From: Eledone cirrhosa
Taxonomy: Eukaryota
Length of the DNA: 64,000 nucleotides
Reading direction: 5' to 3'
Assembly: GCA_964016885.1 (NCBI GenBank)
Contig: OZ024740.1
Location: 432,574,001-432,638,000 of the forward strand
The notes under the pieces are model-generated. The model was not told where the DNA came from and made no database searches. It was given only the letters and a program-made list of their open reading frames with translations. A program made the position numbers and the translations under genes. Positions within the stretch are counted from its first letter, which is position 1, and every line of letters starts with the position of its first letter. Positions 1 to 11,562 of this stretch are shown piece by piece.

Positions 1-397
1 CCACAACATCCAGGCCGAAACAAATGAGATCGTGTAGGTGTCACGACAAAAAAACACACAGTCCACGCTGTAAATGTGGCCGTGTAGGCAACACGGTAAA
101 AACCTCCCAGCCCCACACTGTAAATGTGGTTGGTGTTAGGAAGGGCATCCAGCTGTAGAAAACCCGCCAGACAGTCCACGCTGTAATGTGGCCGTGTAGG
201 CAACACGGTAAAAACCTCCCAGCCCCACACTGTAAATGTGGTTGGTGTTAGGAAGGGCATCCAACTGTAGAAAACCCGCCAGACAGTCCTATGCGAGCAA
301 GACAACCACTCTTGCCTCAAGTGGGAAAACCCCCGTCCAAACCCATGCAAGCGTGGAATACGGACGCTAAACCTGATGATGATGATGATGATGATGA
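1..397 (+). mobile_element. 3' end (UTR + (GAT)n tail) of RTE-clade LINE; element continues upstream of the window
   Basis: Reverse complement of 4743-5146, including the same ~118-bp internal duplication; ends in (GAT)n. Confidence 0.9.
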
Positions 398-869
398 CAT
401 AGTGCTGGAGAATTAGAGCAGAAATATTACAGACTATTTGATGACAGTAAAACAATTCAGGGGGATACAAAAAAACAAACAAAAACAAAAACCATTGAAA
501 TAAAACATTTTCAGCAACCTTTATGCTTTAGTTTACCATTATTGTAATATTGTTTATTGTCTTATTTGGAATATTTTGGACACTGTGATGGTGGTAGTGA
601 TGATGATGATACTGACAGTGGTGATTTCTTTTTTGATTTTTAAAAATATATTTTTGATATTTATTCTAAAACACAAAATTAAAGTTATGAAAAATTTATA
701 CAATTTACTTTTACATTATTATAATATATAAAGTTGACTTTAACTTTTCGTACTCAACCCAATCCTTACCTATGCTCATCAATTTTAGGTAACGACTTGA
801 AAGAATGTGATCATGAATACAAGCTGCCAAAATGGGGGTCCCTCTGAAGGGTCTTTGGAGTAAAGTTGA

Positions 870-1176
870 TAGTGTGCAGCTCGGAGATCAGAGTTTCTCC
901 AAGTAGAGCCACACTTTCTTTGAATTGAGAGATCAGTTAAAATGCCTCAGGAAAGTATCACTGGACAGATTTTACAGGCAAAACCAACTGGCAGGAGACC
1001 CAGAGGTAGACCCCGAGCAAGATGGTTGGATAACATCCATGAGCTTGGCTAGTCTTGCTTGGGGATCCAGCCAGATCAGTTGGAGATGTTTGCTTCTGAT
1101 AGGACTCACTGGAAGGAGTGTTTGAGGCTTTGCCCCCATGACCATCTCAGGAATAAGTGGGCGAAGAAGATGACGA
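870..1176 (+). mobile_element. Degenerate RTE-like LINE 3' fragment
   Basis: Reads GRRPRGRPRARWLDNIHEL..., an RTE-like C-terminus; inverted relative at 13575-13865. Confidence 0.6.
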
Positions 1177-1719
1177 CTTTAATTTTCATCTTTTTAGAGT
1201 TGATAAAATAAATAGCAGTCAAGTACTTGTGTTGATATAATTCACAACACCCTCCTCGAAATGTGTATGTTCTTGAACCTCTTCTGTAGAAATCATCGTT
1301 ATAATATTTAAGTTCATGAATCTTTCATTAGTTTGTATGGGATTCATTATCATTATATGTCTGTTGTTCTACACTTACATGGGTTGGACGGGTCCTTCTC
1401 AGTACAGCATCTCTCCACTTGTCGCATTCCTTTGTCATCTTCTCTGTGAGCTTTAGCAATCAGCGATCAGCTCTCACCACTTCTATCTAGGTCTTCCTTG
1501 GTCTTCCCCTGCTGCGGCTTCTTTCCACTATTGTCCTCAAATAAAGATATCAAATTCAAATATTTTCAATTCTATAAAAACCTCCCCTGTATTGTTGATG
1601 TCTGAACCTTGTTGTATGAACCTGAAAACAATATTTTATCTACTTTATTCTATGAATTAGTTTGTTATAGATTATTTCACAGTAGCATTTAGATTTTATA
1701 TGTGATTTATTTGATTACA

Positions 1720-2062
1720 CATCATCATCATCATTTAACGTCTATCTTCCACGCTAGCATGGGTTTAGACGAGAATTGTCGCATTTGAGACAAGATTGGT
1801 CGTCTTGCTCGTATAGGACTGTCTGGAAGGTTTTCTACGGCTGGATGCCCTTCCTAATACCAACCACATTTACAGTGTGGACTGGGAAGTTTTTACTGTT
1901 TCCTACACAGCCACACCACAGCGTGGACTGTTTTTTTTTTGTTGTGACACACAACCTCATTTATTTTGGACTGGATGTTGTGGTACCAACAAAACTTTAC
2001 AGTGTTGGTGGGAGTGGGAGGGTGGAGTAGGGGTAGTGGGATGGGGGTGTATATTTGGTTAA
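1720..2062 (-). mobile_element. RTE LINE 3' UTR fragment
   Basis: (CAT)n tail at left; homologous to the 3' UTR of the 4743-7683 element. Confidence 0.8.
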
Positions 2063-2596
2063 GAGGTGCATATTGCATTATTTTCTTTTCAGTATCTAGG
2101 GCATCTCTCACATTTTCAGTATTTCAAATATATTTGAAATATCATTATATTTCACAGTACCACAGCCCAGTAATGACTATAATTTGTATGATAGTAAACA
2201 AAAAAAAATGTTGAGCAATAATAGCTCTGATTTTTCATTGAAATCCAGAATAAATACAATTGCAATTTTAGTAAAAATTATTTTTTCAACAATCAAGTGA
2301 ACATCTCATGAAAAACACTGATTTTCAATTAACTTTTTAAATAATCTAGAAGTTTGAGAGCCTTGCTAATATAACTTTCTCATATCAAGCTGTTTGGAAC
2401 ATAACCTAAAGTTTCTTACATATTTTAATGAATCTAGTTCAATATTTCACCTTGTGCAGATGTTAATAGATACCAGTAATATACTGATGACTGAGCAGTA
2501 GACCTTATGATTGCCATACAAACAGAAATTGGTTTTCAGTATAGTAAAAAAGAACTCAATACTGGTGCTATAACCTACTGTATTTTTATTTTGTAG

Positions 2597-2797
2597 CTCA
2601 TATTCGAGATCCGAACAATGCCCTTCACTCAATACATAACTTGAAAATAACAGTGAAAGATTTGAACACACCACCACCACAACAAGCTGTGGCTCGTAAA
2701 ATGATGACAGATACTGTTGCTAGTGCCCAGCCTCAGCTATTGGATGGCAACCAAAGAAATGTTATCTCTGTTGGTGACTATGATTTGCAGCTAAGTG
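2597..2797 (+). CDS. TRAPPC8: TRAPPC8 (Trs85) internal coding exon, equivalent to human exon 2
   Basis: ttgtAG acceptor and GTAAGT donor; encodes HIRDPNNALHSIHNLKITVKDLNTPPPQQAVARKMMTDTVASAQPQLLDGNQRNVISVGDYDLQLS, matching remembered human VHMRDPNNQLHVIKNLKI...NVITAGDYDLNIS. Confidence 0.93.
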
Positions 2798-3409
2798 GTA
2801 AGTTATACAATTATATTTATGTGACATGATTTCTATCTAAGTGGTAAGTTGTTTTTCTTAATTTCAAGACATTTGTCTCCATCTCAAAATAACATCTATC
2901 GTTTTATCAAGTGAATATGTGTGTTGATGTTCTCTCTCTTTCACTCACTGCCTCCATCTCTCTCTCTCCCCATCTCTCACTATTATATGTAAATGGAGTC
3001 ATGATAAAATGCTCCCATTACCTGCTGTAAAATGGTTGAAATTGGGAAGAACATCCATCCAGACATAGAAACCAAGCCCAAAACAGAATGGCGAGCAGAC
3101 CTGAGCAGTCTAGCCTTAGTACATGACAACCCATCTAACACATGTAAACATGGAAAATACATGTTAATAATGATACATATGATGGAAAGAACACTGTTGT
3201 TAATAGAAGCTAGAATTCCTTCCTCCTTATTCAACTCACTCAACTTTTGGTTCAACTAATTCACTAATTAGATCACTAAATAATCTTGTGAGCCACCTAA
3301 GCTGTTAATTTTATTCTCTTCCTATTAACATTTAAAGTATTGATGATTATCTGCCTGTTGTATATTCCAATGTATCTTGTATACCTATAAAATTGCATTG
3401 ACTATATAG

Positions 3410-3700
3410 TGTCAGTGTGGCCTAGCATGTGACACGATCAAATGTAAAGTGGTAGTGTTTGTGTTATGAAAAGCACCCAATCCAGTTTGTAAAGTTGTAG
3501 AACTGGTGTCATAAAAAATGCACACAACACACCCTGTAAGGTGGTCGGCTTTAGGAAAAGCATCTAGTTTTAGAAACCATGCCAAATATGAAAAGAAACA
3601 AGCAAGATTGGTTGTTTTGACCCATTTGGTCTTGAATTGTGACAACCTGTCCAACCCATGCCAGCATGAAAAGGGGACATAGAATGATAATGGTGATGAA
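3410..3700 (+). mobile_element. Old RTE-tailed SINE/LINE 3' fragment
   Basis: Degenerate ...accctgtaaggtgg...ttaggaaaagcatc...ccaacccatgccagcatg...gatg tail shared with the RTE 3' UTR. Confidence 0.55.
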
Positions 3701-4209
3701 GTTTTGACATAATTCCTTTTTGCACATGAAGGCCACTTTCCAAATGGTTCTGGGATTCCCTGTACTCTATTACTAACTTTGGTCTTTTTCATATCAACCT
3801 TCAGGGATTTTGATTCCAGTTCATGTTAGAGAGCTTTTTCTGTACATTCTTATTAGATTCTGTTATGAAAACCTGATCATTAGTTTATAAAAACTCCCTA
3901 GAACATCCAGTCCTTAACTTTTTGTTATTGTTTCAAGAACTGTAATGTATAAAAGGGTTCTGAAGACAACTTTTGTAGACACTTATCCATGTGCTAGATT
4001 CTTCACTAAACTTGTTGCCAACCCTAGCTTTGTTAACAACACAAATGTATATAGCTTGTATAGCTATCACAAGTCGCCATTTAGCTATTTCCAGCAGTCT
4101 ATAGAGTAAGAGGGTGTCAAATTGACACGGTCATTGGGTTCAAATCCCGCCAAGGTCAAATTTGCCTTTCTTTGTTTTTATTTCTTTATTAGCTATGTAA
4201 ACCACATTA

Positions 4210-4345
4210 AAGGTGGCAAATTGGTATAGAGTCGTTAGAATAGAATGCTTTGCGGTATTGTTTCCAGCTACCTGCTCTCTGAGTTCAAACCCTGCCGAGC
4301 CCAACTGCCAAATAAGTCCCAGTCTAGTACTGGGGTCGATTCTTC
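4210..4345 (+). mobile_element. Degenerate tRNA-derived SINE
   Basis: A-box-like tggtatagagtcg and B-box gagttcaaaccc; similar to the 16640-16825 family. Confidence 0.55.
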
Positions 4346-4742
4346 CTCTGTCTCTTTCCCACTTTCTCTATCCTCTGGAAGAAATCTGCTGTATTCAGAC
4401 CTGGAGAAGGGATGGGTTCCACCAAGTTTTAAAATGCCCTACAAATGCTGTATGTCTCTGCAGCACCTCTATGACACCCTCAGGAGTTACAGGACCAAAA
4501 GAAAGAAGAAACCCCACTAAAACAAACTTCTATTGCTGGATCTTTGAAATTGGAGCAGCCCCTCACTGTCACATTACCAATTCAGTAACTTCTCATAGTA
4601 GTATTTCCATACCCCCTTGTTACTATTACTAACAGTATGTGTACTCGTGTCATTTCTGATGCACTTGTCTGGAATGACATCTTCGTATATACAAACTTAT
4701 CTCTATAATTCAGAGCCTTTCACGTTTCTCATCCTTGTAGTA

Positions 4743-4774
<32 letters not shown>

Positions 4775-7683
4775 GGTTTAGCGTCCGTATTCCACGCTTG
4801 CATGGGTTTGGACGGGGGTTTTCCCACTTGAGGCAAGAGTGGTTGTCTTGCTCGCATAGGACTGTCTGGCGGGTTTTCTACAGTTGGATGCCCTTCCTAA
4901 CACCAACCACATTTACAGTGTGGGGCTGGGAGGTTTTTACCGTGTTGCCTACACGGCCACATTACAGCGTGGACTGTCTGGCGGGTTTTCTACAGCTGGA
5001 TGCCCTTCCTAACACCAACCACATTTACAGTGTGGGGCTGGGAGGTTTTTACCGTGTTGCCTACACGGCCACATTTACAGCGTGGACTGTGTGTTTTTTT
5101 GTCGTGACACCTACACGATCTCATTTGTTTCGGCCTGGATGTTGTGGGACCAACATAACTGTACATTGAAAGGGGCGGGGTGGAGGTGGTGGGACGGGGG
5201 GGTGTTTTGATAGAGATGCCTACTGACTGTAGTAGGTTTTTACTTTGTATTTAGGTAAGGCGGGTCTTCTCTATTACTGAGTACCGCCAAAGGTCTCGGT
5301 CCAGTGACATTGTCTTGGAGAGGTGTAAGCGTGTGAGGTCGGAATTTATCAGCTCGTCCCATGTTTTTCTGGGTCTGCCTACTTCGTGGCTACCGTCTAT
5401 CTTTATTGCCCTGCACTTTGTTATACAGCTGTCGTCTTTCATGCGCATCACGTGACCGTACCAACATAGCCTTCTCTCGAGTAAACAACATCTGATCCCT
5501 CTTATTTCTAATTTTTTCCTTAGTTCGTTTATGCTTTGCCGTTCACGTATATTACTATTGCACATCCAGCGGAGCATGCAAGCTTCGTTCCTCTCTAGTC
5601 TGCGTATATCCTCTGCACACAATGCCCAGGTCTCACTGTCATGCAGCATTGCTGTTCATATGCAGGCATCGTATAACCTGCCTTTCATTTTTAGGGAGAA
5701 CCCTCTAGCGGCTAATAGTGGTATAAGCTCTCTGAACTTTTTCCATCCAGTTCTGACTCTAGCTACTGTACTTTCAGAGCACCCTCCCCCACTGCTGATT
5801 TTGTCACCCAGGTAACGGAAGCTGTCCACTATTTCTATAGAACCTTCTGCGCAGTTGAAGGAGCTAGTATTTTGTGGGCATTTGCTGCTACTTATTGCAC
5901 CAGAGCACCGGCCACATGTAAAATCTATGTTCTTAGTTAGCTTACCTGTGATCCCACTACATCTTTTATGCACCCATGCTTTGCATTTGGGACATAAAAT
6001 GGAGTTTCTACCTACGCCTTTCCTACACACTGAGCATGGCCATTTCCCAGATGGGACTGCCGCCATATTTTCTTTCCTACAAACTAGAACTTTTGTCTTA
6101 GCCAGGTTAATTTTAAGGCCTTTTGATTCTAGGCCGTGCTTCCATGTTTGGAATTTCATCTCTAGTTCAGTCATTGATTCAGCTATGAGCGTTAGATCAT
6201 CTGCGTATAGGAGTTCCCATGGGCAGCCGGTCTTGAACTCCTCTGTTATAGCCTGAAGGGCAATAATAAATAGTAGGGGGCTAAGAACAGAGCCCTGATG
6301 GACACCAACTTTTATGCTAAACTCTTCACTATATTCGTTGCTAATTCTAACCTTACTGACTGTTTCTTTATACATGGCTTGTATAGCCCTCACAAGCCAT
6401 TCGTCAACGCCTAGTTTTCTAAGAGCCCACCAGATAATGGAGCGGGGGACTCTGTCGAAGGCTTTCTCCAAGTCGACGAAAGCTAAGTATAGGGGTTTAC
6501 TTTTAGCTAGGTACTTCTCCTGTAGTTGTCGTACAATGAAAAGAGCGTCTGTGGTACTTTTGCCTGACACAAATCCGAACTGCATTTCATCTAGATCAAT
6601 TCTCTCTCTGATTAGTTGCGCTATTACTTTTTCCGTGACCTTCATGACCTGGTCGATTAATTTAATGCCTCTATAGTTACTCCTATCTAGGGCATCTCCT
6701 TTTCCCTTATAGCAGTTAACGATGATGCTGCTACGCCAGTCCTTCGGAACAACCCCATTCTGTACGACTTGGTTAACTATCCGGGTGACCATGGTGTGTC
6801 CCACCGAACCAGATGCCTTCAGCATCTCAGCAACTATTTCCGAAGGACCAGCCGCCTTACCCGTCTTCATATCTTTGATTGCCTTGCTTATTGTACTACC
6901 CTGGACTAACACTGCTGGTCCCTCTATTGGGTCGATGTGGGGGAGACTGTCTTTCTCCCATTTGTTCTCCTCATTTAGAAGCCTTTCGTAGTGACATTTC
7001 CAAGCTACCTTCTTATCAGCGTCGGTGATGGCAAGTATGCCATCATCGTTAAGCACACACTTCTCCCCGACAATATCACGGTTTTCCTTGACACATTGCC
7101 TGGCAATCCTGAACACCTCACGTTTTTGGTCCTCACGTTGTAGAACATGCTTGAACTTTCTTTCCTCTGCTTCCCTTCTTGCGAAGTACACTTGTCTCCT
7201 AGCTTCCCTCCTGGCTACCTGATAGTCTTCTCTACTTCCCCCATCCCGCCATGCTTTCCAAGCCTGCTTTTTGGCCTTAATTGACTCCTCCACCTTACTG
7301 TTCCACCACCATGTTACTCTCCTCCTACCTACAGGCCTGCTCCAGCCACAGACTTCGTCTGCCGCCGTCAGCTGGTTTGCTCTCAGGAATTCCCACTGTT
7401 CCTCTATATTATACGACTCTAATTGCTCTTCCTTACTGTCGAAAGCGTCAAGTAATATGCTTTGAAATTTATTTCTGGCTATGGGGTCCTTTAGCTTCCA
7501 TATTTTTCTCCTGAGGATAGTCCTCTTCCGCTGTCTAGTACGTCTCGTCCTGACTATGAGGTCGCTAATTATCAGTCTATGTTGGGAGGTGAATTCTTCA
7601 TGGGGGAGGGATTTAGTGTTAACAACAGACACTCTGTCACGTCTTCTGGTAAGGATATAATCTACCTGGCTTGTGTGTTCCCC
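4743..7683 (-). mobile_element. 5'-truncated RTE-clade LINE: APE C-terminus, RT and PHD-like finger; one premature stop
   Basis: ORFs 5656-7632 and 5251-5649 are in the same frame and split by CGA>TGA at 5656-5658 (other copies have CGA). Motifs FVDLEKAFD, GVHQGSVLSPLLF, YADD, GRPRKTW; (GAT)n tail. Confidence 0.95.
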
Positions 7684-8214
7684 CGTAGAAAACCTTTTCT
7701 TAACATGGTGGGGTAGTGTGTTAGAGAAGATCTGTCCAACTTACATAAGTATGGGAAAATAGATATAGGTCGGTATGAGGTAGGCAGCAGGTTTGAAAGA
7801 AATGAAGTGATTAGCAAAGAAGCAAGTTGTGAATAAGAGAAATAAATCTAACCAGGAATATTAATAGATATATATAAAAAAAATTAAAAACACTATTTTA
7901 GATAACTTTAATCCAAAATTGATTAATAAAACCGCTTAGTGATGTTAGGATTTAGGAGCTGCAAGTTTTTTGTCTAGTTTGATAACTTACATATATTTAT
8001 GATAATATGAAATCTTATACCACCACCAGCTATTTGTTTATCATAGAACATTTTGATACAATTAGATTTTATAATTATCTTTATTAAAGGTTGTCCTGGT
8101 GTAAACAATGTTCTTAATGTTTCTCAGAAAGAGAGAGTATTATTTTAATAAAATAATTTAGGAGAAAATTGAAATTCATTCATTCACTCATTAAATTGTA
8201 ACTAATTTTATAAG

Positions 8215-8445
8215 TACCCAGCCCACACTGTAAAGTGGTTGTGTAGGCACCACGAAAAAAAAGCACCCACCACTCACTGTAAATGAGGTTGGTGTTAGGA
8301 AGGGTATCCAGCTGTAGAAATCAAGCCAAAATCAGTTACTGTATGAGCAAGACAAGATCAGCCGACTGGGCACTGTCCACAACAGGACAACCCGTCTAAC
8401 CCATGCTAGTGTGGCAGAATGGATGTAAAATGGTGATGATGATGG
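8215..8445 (+). mobile_element. RTE-type 3' tail fragment
   Basis: Similar to 48030-48264; ends in (GAT)n. Confidence 0.75.
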
Positions 8446-8781
8446 TTTAAACTTTTAGGATACTTCTGAATTTATATTTTATTTTTGCATTTGTCTATTT
8501 TCTACATTCCCAAGTAGGTGTAAGTCAACTAGGGAGGGGTTCCTCCAATAAGAGAACGCCATGGATTGGATTAATATATTTTCTACCTTTCCAGCTCTGG
8601 GTTAAATAGCCAACCTGCAATTGGAGTGAGAAGGTCCTGGATTGTTTTAGTATACTTTCTACATTATTTTCGTTCATATAAAATTTCTAAATTGTTCTTC
8701 CAGAAAAAAAAAAAAATGTATTTTACTTTTTTTCCATTTTGTTGCTTTTTAAATAAAAAAAAACATGTCTTTCTTTTCCAG

Positions 8782-8871
8782 CAACCACTCCATGGTTTGA
8801 GGCATATCGGGAATGTTTTCTTCATTTACTGCCACCATCAGATCATGAATTCCTGAACCATTCTATTGCAT
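8782..8871 (+). CDS. TRAPPC8: TRAPPC8 coding exon (exon 3 equivalent)
   Basis: cttttccAG acceptor; encodes ATTPWFEAYRECFLHLLPPSDHEFLNHSIA (remembered human ATTPWFESYRETFLQSMPASDHEFLNHYLA); phases match both neighbouring exons; absent from the ORF track. Confidence 0.93.
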
Positions 8872-9834
8872 GTATCCTTAAAATGACATATTTTCACCTT
8901 TTTAAACATTTTAATAGCTTTACTATTTAAATCTTTGGGATATATAAGTAGGAAATAAAATATTTCTGGAGAGTGTTCTGTTATTTAGAAATTATTTGGC
9001 TTAAATCTTAACTAGGAGGAAATATTTACAAGGACTTGAAGCACAATAATTTTAATTTACTTAGAAAAAATAGTAAAAAATATTCAACTGATGTCTGTTT
9101 TCATATTTAAATGTATGTAAATTTTACTTTCAATAAAGTTTAAAATGGTTTTGACATGCCTTAAGAAGTATGCGATAATTGGGAAGATAACTAATTAGTA
9201 TATTGAAAATGTTTTTCAACTGTAAACTTTGTCATGTTATTGAAATTGTGAAGAGAACTAATGCAGAATCAATGTTCTTATATATAGATAATTCATATTA
9301 TATAAATAAAATGTTTACTTAAATGTCATACTCATGCAATTAATAAAAATTGCTTTAGAAATATTTAAATACACTCTATTTAGGAATAGATTTTCAAAGA
9401 ATATACATGAGCAACTGTTAAAAATTTGGACTTTTAGGAAATTGTTGTATTTACTAGACAACAGTTATGTGAAGAATTTATTCTGGTAAATGAATTTAAT
9501 AATTATACTTTTGAAAAATTACTTTTTGTTTATAAGTTAGATAATTATAATTAGAAAATTAGATTTTTAGTCAGTTTCATAAGTAATGATATTGGACATT
9601 ATAAGCAGTAATTTGAGAGACAAAAGAGCAACATTAGAAGAGAATTAGCTAATATAGTTCATATCTTTCTTTGGGGGATTACTGTTATAAACATAATACA
9701 TCTTGACAGGTATTTTAAGATTAACTATATTGAAGCTGTATTTCAAAAAGATAAAAATAAGAGTGCATAATTTTTAAAGTTTTCTTTTTGATTCCCTTTG
9801 TTACTATTTTTACTTCTCCTTAACTTCAATCTAG
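8872..9834 (+). other. U12-type (minor spliceosome) GT-AG intron of TRAPPC8
   Basis: 5' site GTATCCTTA; branch point TCCTTAAC at 9817-9824, ending 10 nt before the intron end. Confidence 0.9.
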
Positions 9835-10009
9835 GTATGTTTGTTGTGTCTTCTGGTCACACAGATCCAGTGGGTGTCTTTAATACGTTGTCACAGCAAC
9901 AGAGCCAACAACATAATCAGTTTCCTAACAAACTGCCTAAATGGTTTTGTCCAAATATTCTAAAGTACTATGTGTTATTACATGATGTTGTGGAAGGAGA
10001 ACAAGCAAA
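9835..10009 (+). CDS. TRAPPC8: TRAPPC8 coding exon (exon 4 equivalent)
   Basis: Encodes (C)MFVVSSGHTDPVGVFNTLSQQQ...PKWFCPNILKYYVLLHDVVEGEQA(K) (remembered human PKWFIPNTLKYYVLLHDV); GTGAGT donor. Confidence 0.94.
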
Positions 10010-10029
10010 GTGAGTATTATATCAGTAGT

Positions 10030-10275
10030 GTCTGTTACTCCTGAAAAGAAGGGTTGCTAGTAGAGCCTGTGAGTGAGGCTAGTAGTTGGGGTGTTACTCC
10101 TGAAAAGAAGGGCTGCTAGCAGGGCCTGTGAGTGAGGCTAGTATTTGGGGTGTTACTCCTGAAAAGAAGGGTTGCTAGCAGGGCTTGTGACAAACTTATT
10201 TAGGAGATGTCCTTAGAAAAGAAGGGCTGCTGACAGGGCTTGTGACTGTCACTGTCATTTGGGAGATGTCCTTAT
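10030..10275. repeat. ~58-bp degenerate tandem repeat, about 4 copies
   Basis: Repeated tgttactcctgaaaagaagggYtgctag...gtgagtgaggctagta. Confidence 0.8.
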
Positions 10276-10519
10276 ACAGAAATTGTTTCATCAATCATGA
10301 AGGTACAAAGTGCTGGTACTTCACAATATTTTTTTAAAAAGAAATGAGAAATATTTTCTCCTGGTTAGACTGCTATTCAATAATAGGTATATTTCCTAGG
10401 AAGCTTGTTTTGCCTAGAGATACAGCCAAATATGTATTTACTGGATATGAACTCATAGTCCAGATATCATTAGTTCATTCCCTTATTTAGAGAAAAATAA
10501 GTAGCATCTATGGCAATTT

Positions 10520-11367
10520 GTATGGCCTCTCAGCCGGGTGAGGGACCAGGTAAAGAAAGGACTCATGAGTTGTAGTGATAGAAAGCAGAGTATCAAGAAA
10601 TCTAGTTATCTTTAGACAGGAGCCTTGTCTAAATGATTAGAAAGAGACAGTTCTCTACTAAAGGCCCCCAAGAGCACTGCCAGTTCGAGATAAACTCTAG
10701 TCATGGAAGTGTTGTCAGATGGACCTGCCTGAGATGTGCACAGAATGACAAAAGCGTTCTGCACGCACTCATTCAGTGTCCGTGCATTAGTGACTTGTGG
10801 AGTTATGTTGAACAGCTGTTGTTGCGCGTGGGACTGATCCGGCTATTGATTGGGAAGGGCAGGCAATTGTCCTCTATCTGGTGGTGGTAACGAAAGAGGC
10901 TGTGTAGTGGATCAGGTTGAAAGGACTGAAGACGGTTTTCTCTTCAGCTAATCCCTCAACTTTTTCAAGTTTCATTTGGAAAGGAAGGTGATGGTGGAGA
11001 GAGAAGTGCTGCCTCCCCCCCCAGTACATCTGCTAAAAGGTGAGTGAATGTTGCGAGAATGGCCCGTGTGAATGGGCCTACTCTGAGCATGCACTTGTAG
11101 GCTGGTTAACTTGAGTAGAAGGGTGCTCTTGGAGTGTCGGGTGGTTCAGGATTGATGGGGGTATCTGGGTGGTTTGCCTCCCCCCTCTATTGGGGAATTT
11201 ATTTTGTTATATTTTATATATTTTCAAATATTTTCATTGTTAATTGTTTTTGTTATTGTTAATTTAATTCAATTTTATTGTATCCTCCCCCCTACTGTCC
11301 CTGTCTTTGTATTGTACCCTATATGTCGGCCCTTGTGGCCAATAAATGAAACCAATATTATTATTAT
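10520..11367 (+). mobile_element. Degenerate L1/Tx1-like LINE 3' end
   Basis: CLRCAQNDKSVLHALIQCPCISDLW resembles the zf-RVT (CxxC...H...C) C-terminal motif; AATAAA at 11341 followed by an (ATT)n tail. Confidence 0.65.
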
Positions 11368-11399
11368 ATTGGGTTATCATTACTATTATTATTCTAAAG

Positions 11400-11562
11400 G
11401 GCTGAGGCTGTCTACCAGAGCATGAAAACCACATTTGGTGCCCATCTATGCCATTTACTTCAAATAAATTCCCGTTCTGTGCAAACAGCAGAAACATTCA
11501 AGAATGATCAAAATATGCCAGACCCATGGAGCCAGTTTTTACATCGGGCACCTGAATCAAAT
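11400..11562 (+). CDS. TRAPPC8: TRAPPC8 coding exon (exon 5 equivalent)
   Basis: Encodes AEAVYQSMKTTFGAHLCHLLQINSR...MPDPWSQFL (remembered human AESIYEEMKQKYGTQGCYLLKINSR...IPDPWSQYL); phase-2 acceptor; GTAAGT donor. Confidence 0.93.

Noticed and set aside
5531-7514. Several + strand ORFs overlapping the RTE (and similar ORFs antisense to the other LINEs)
   Set aside because: Antisense shadows of the retrotransposon ORF
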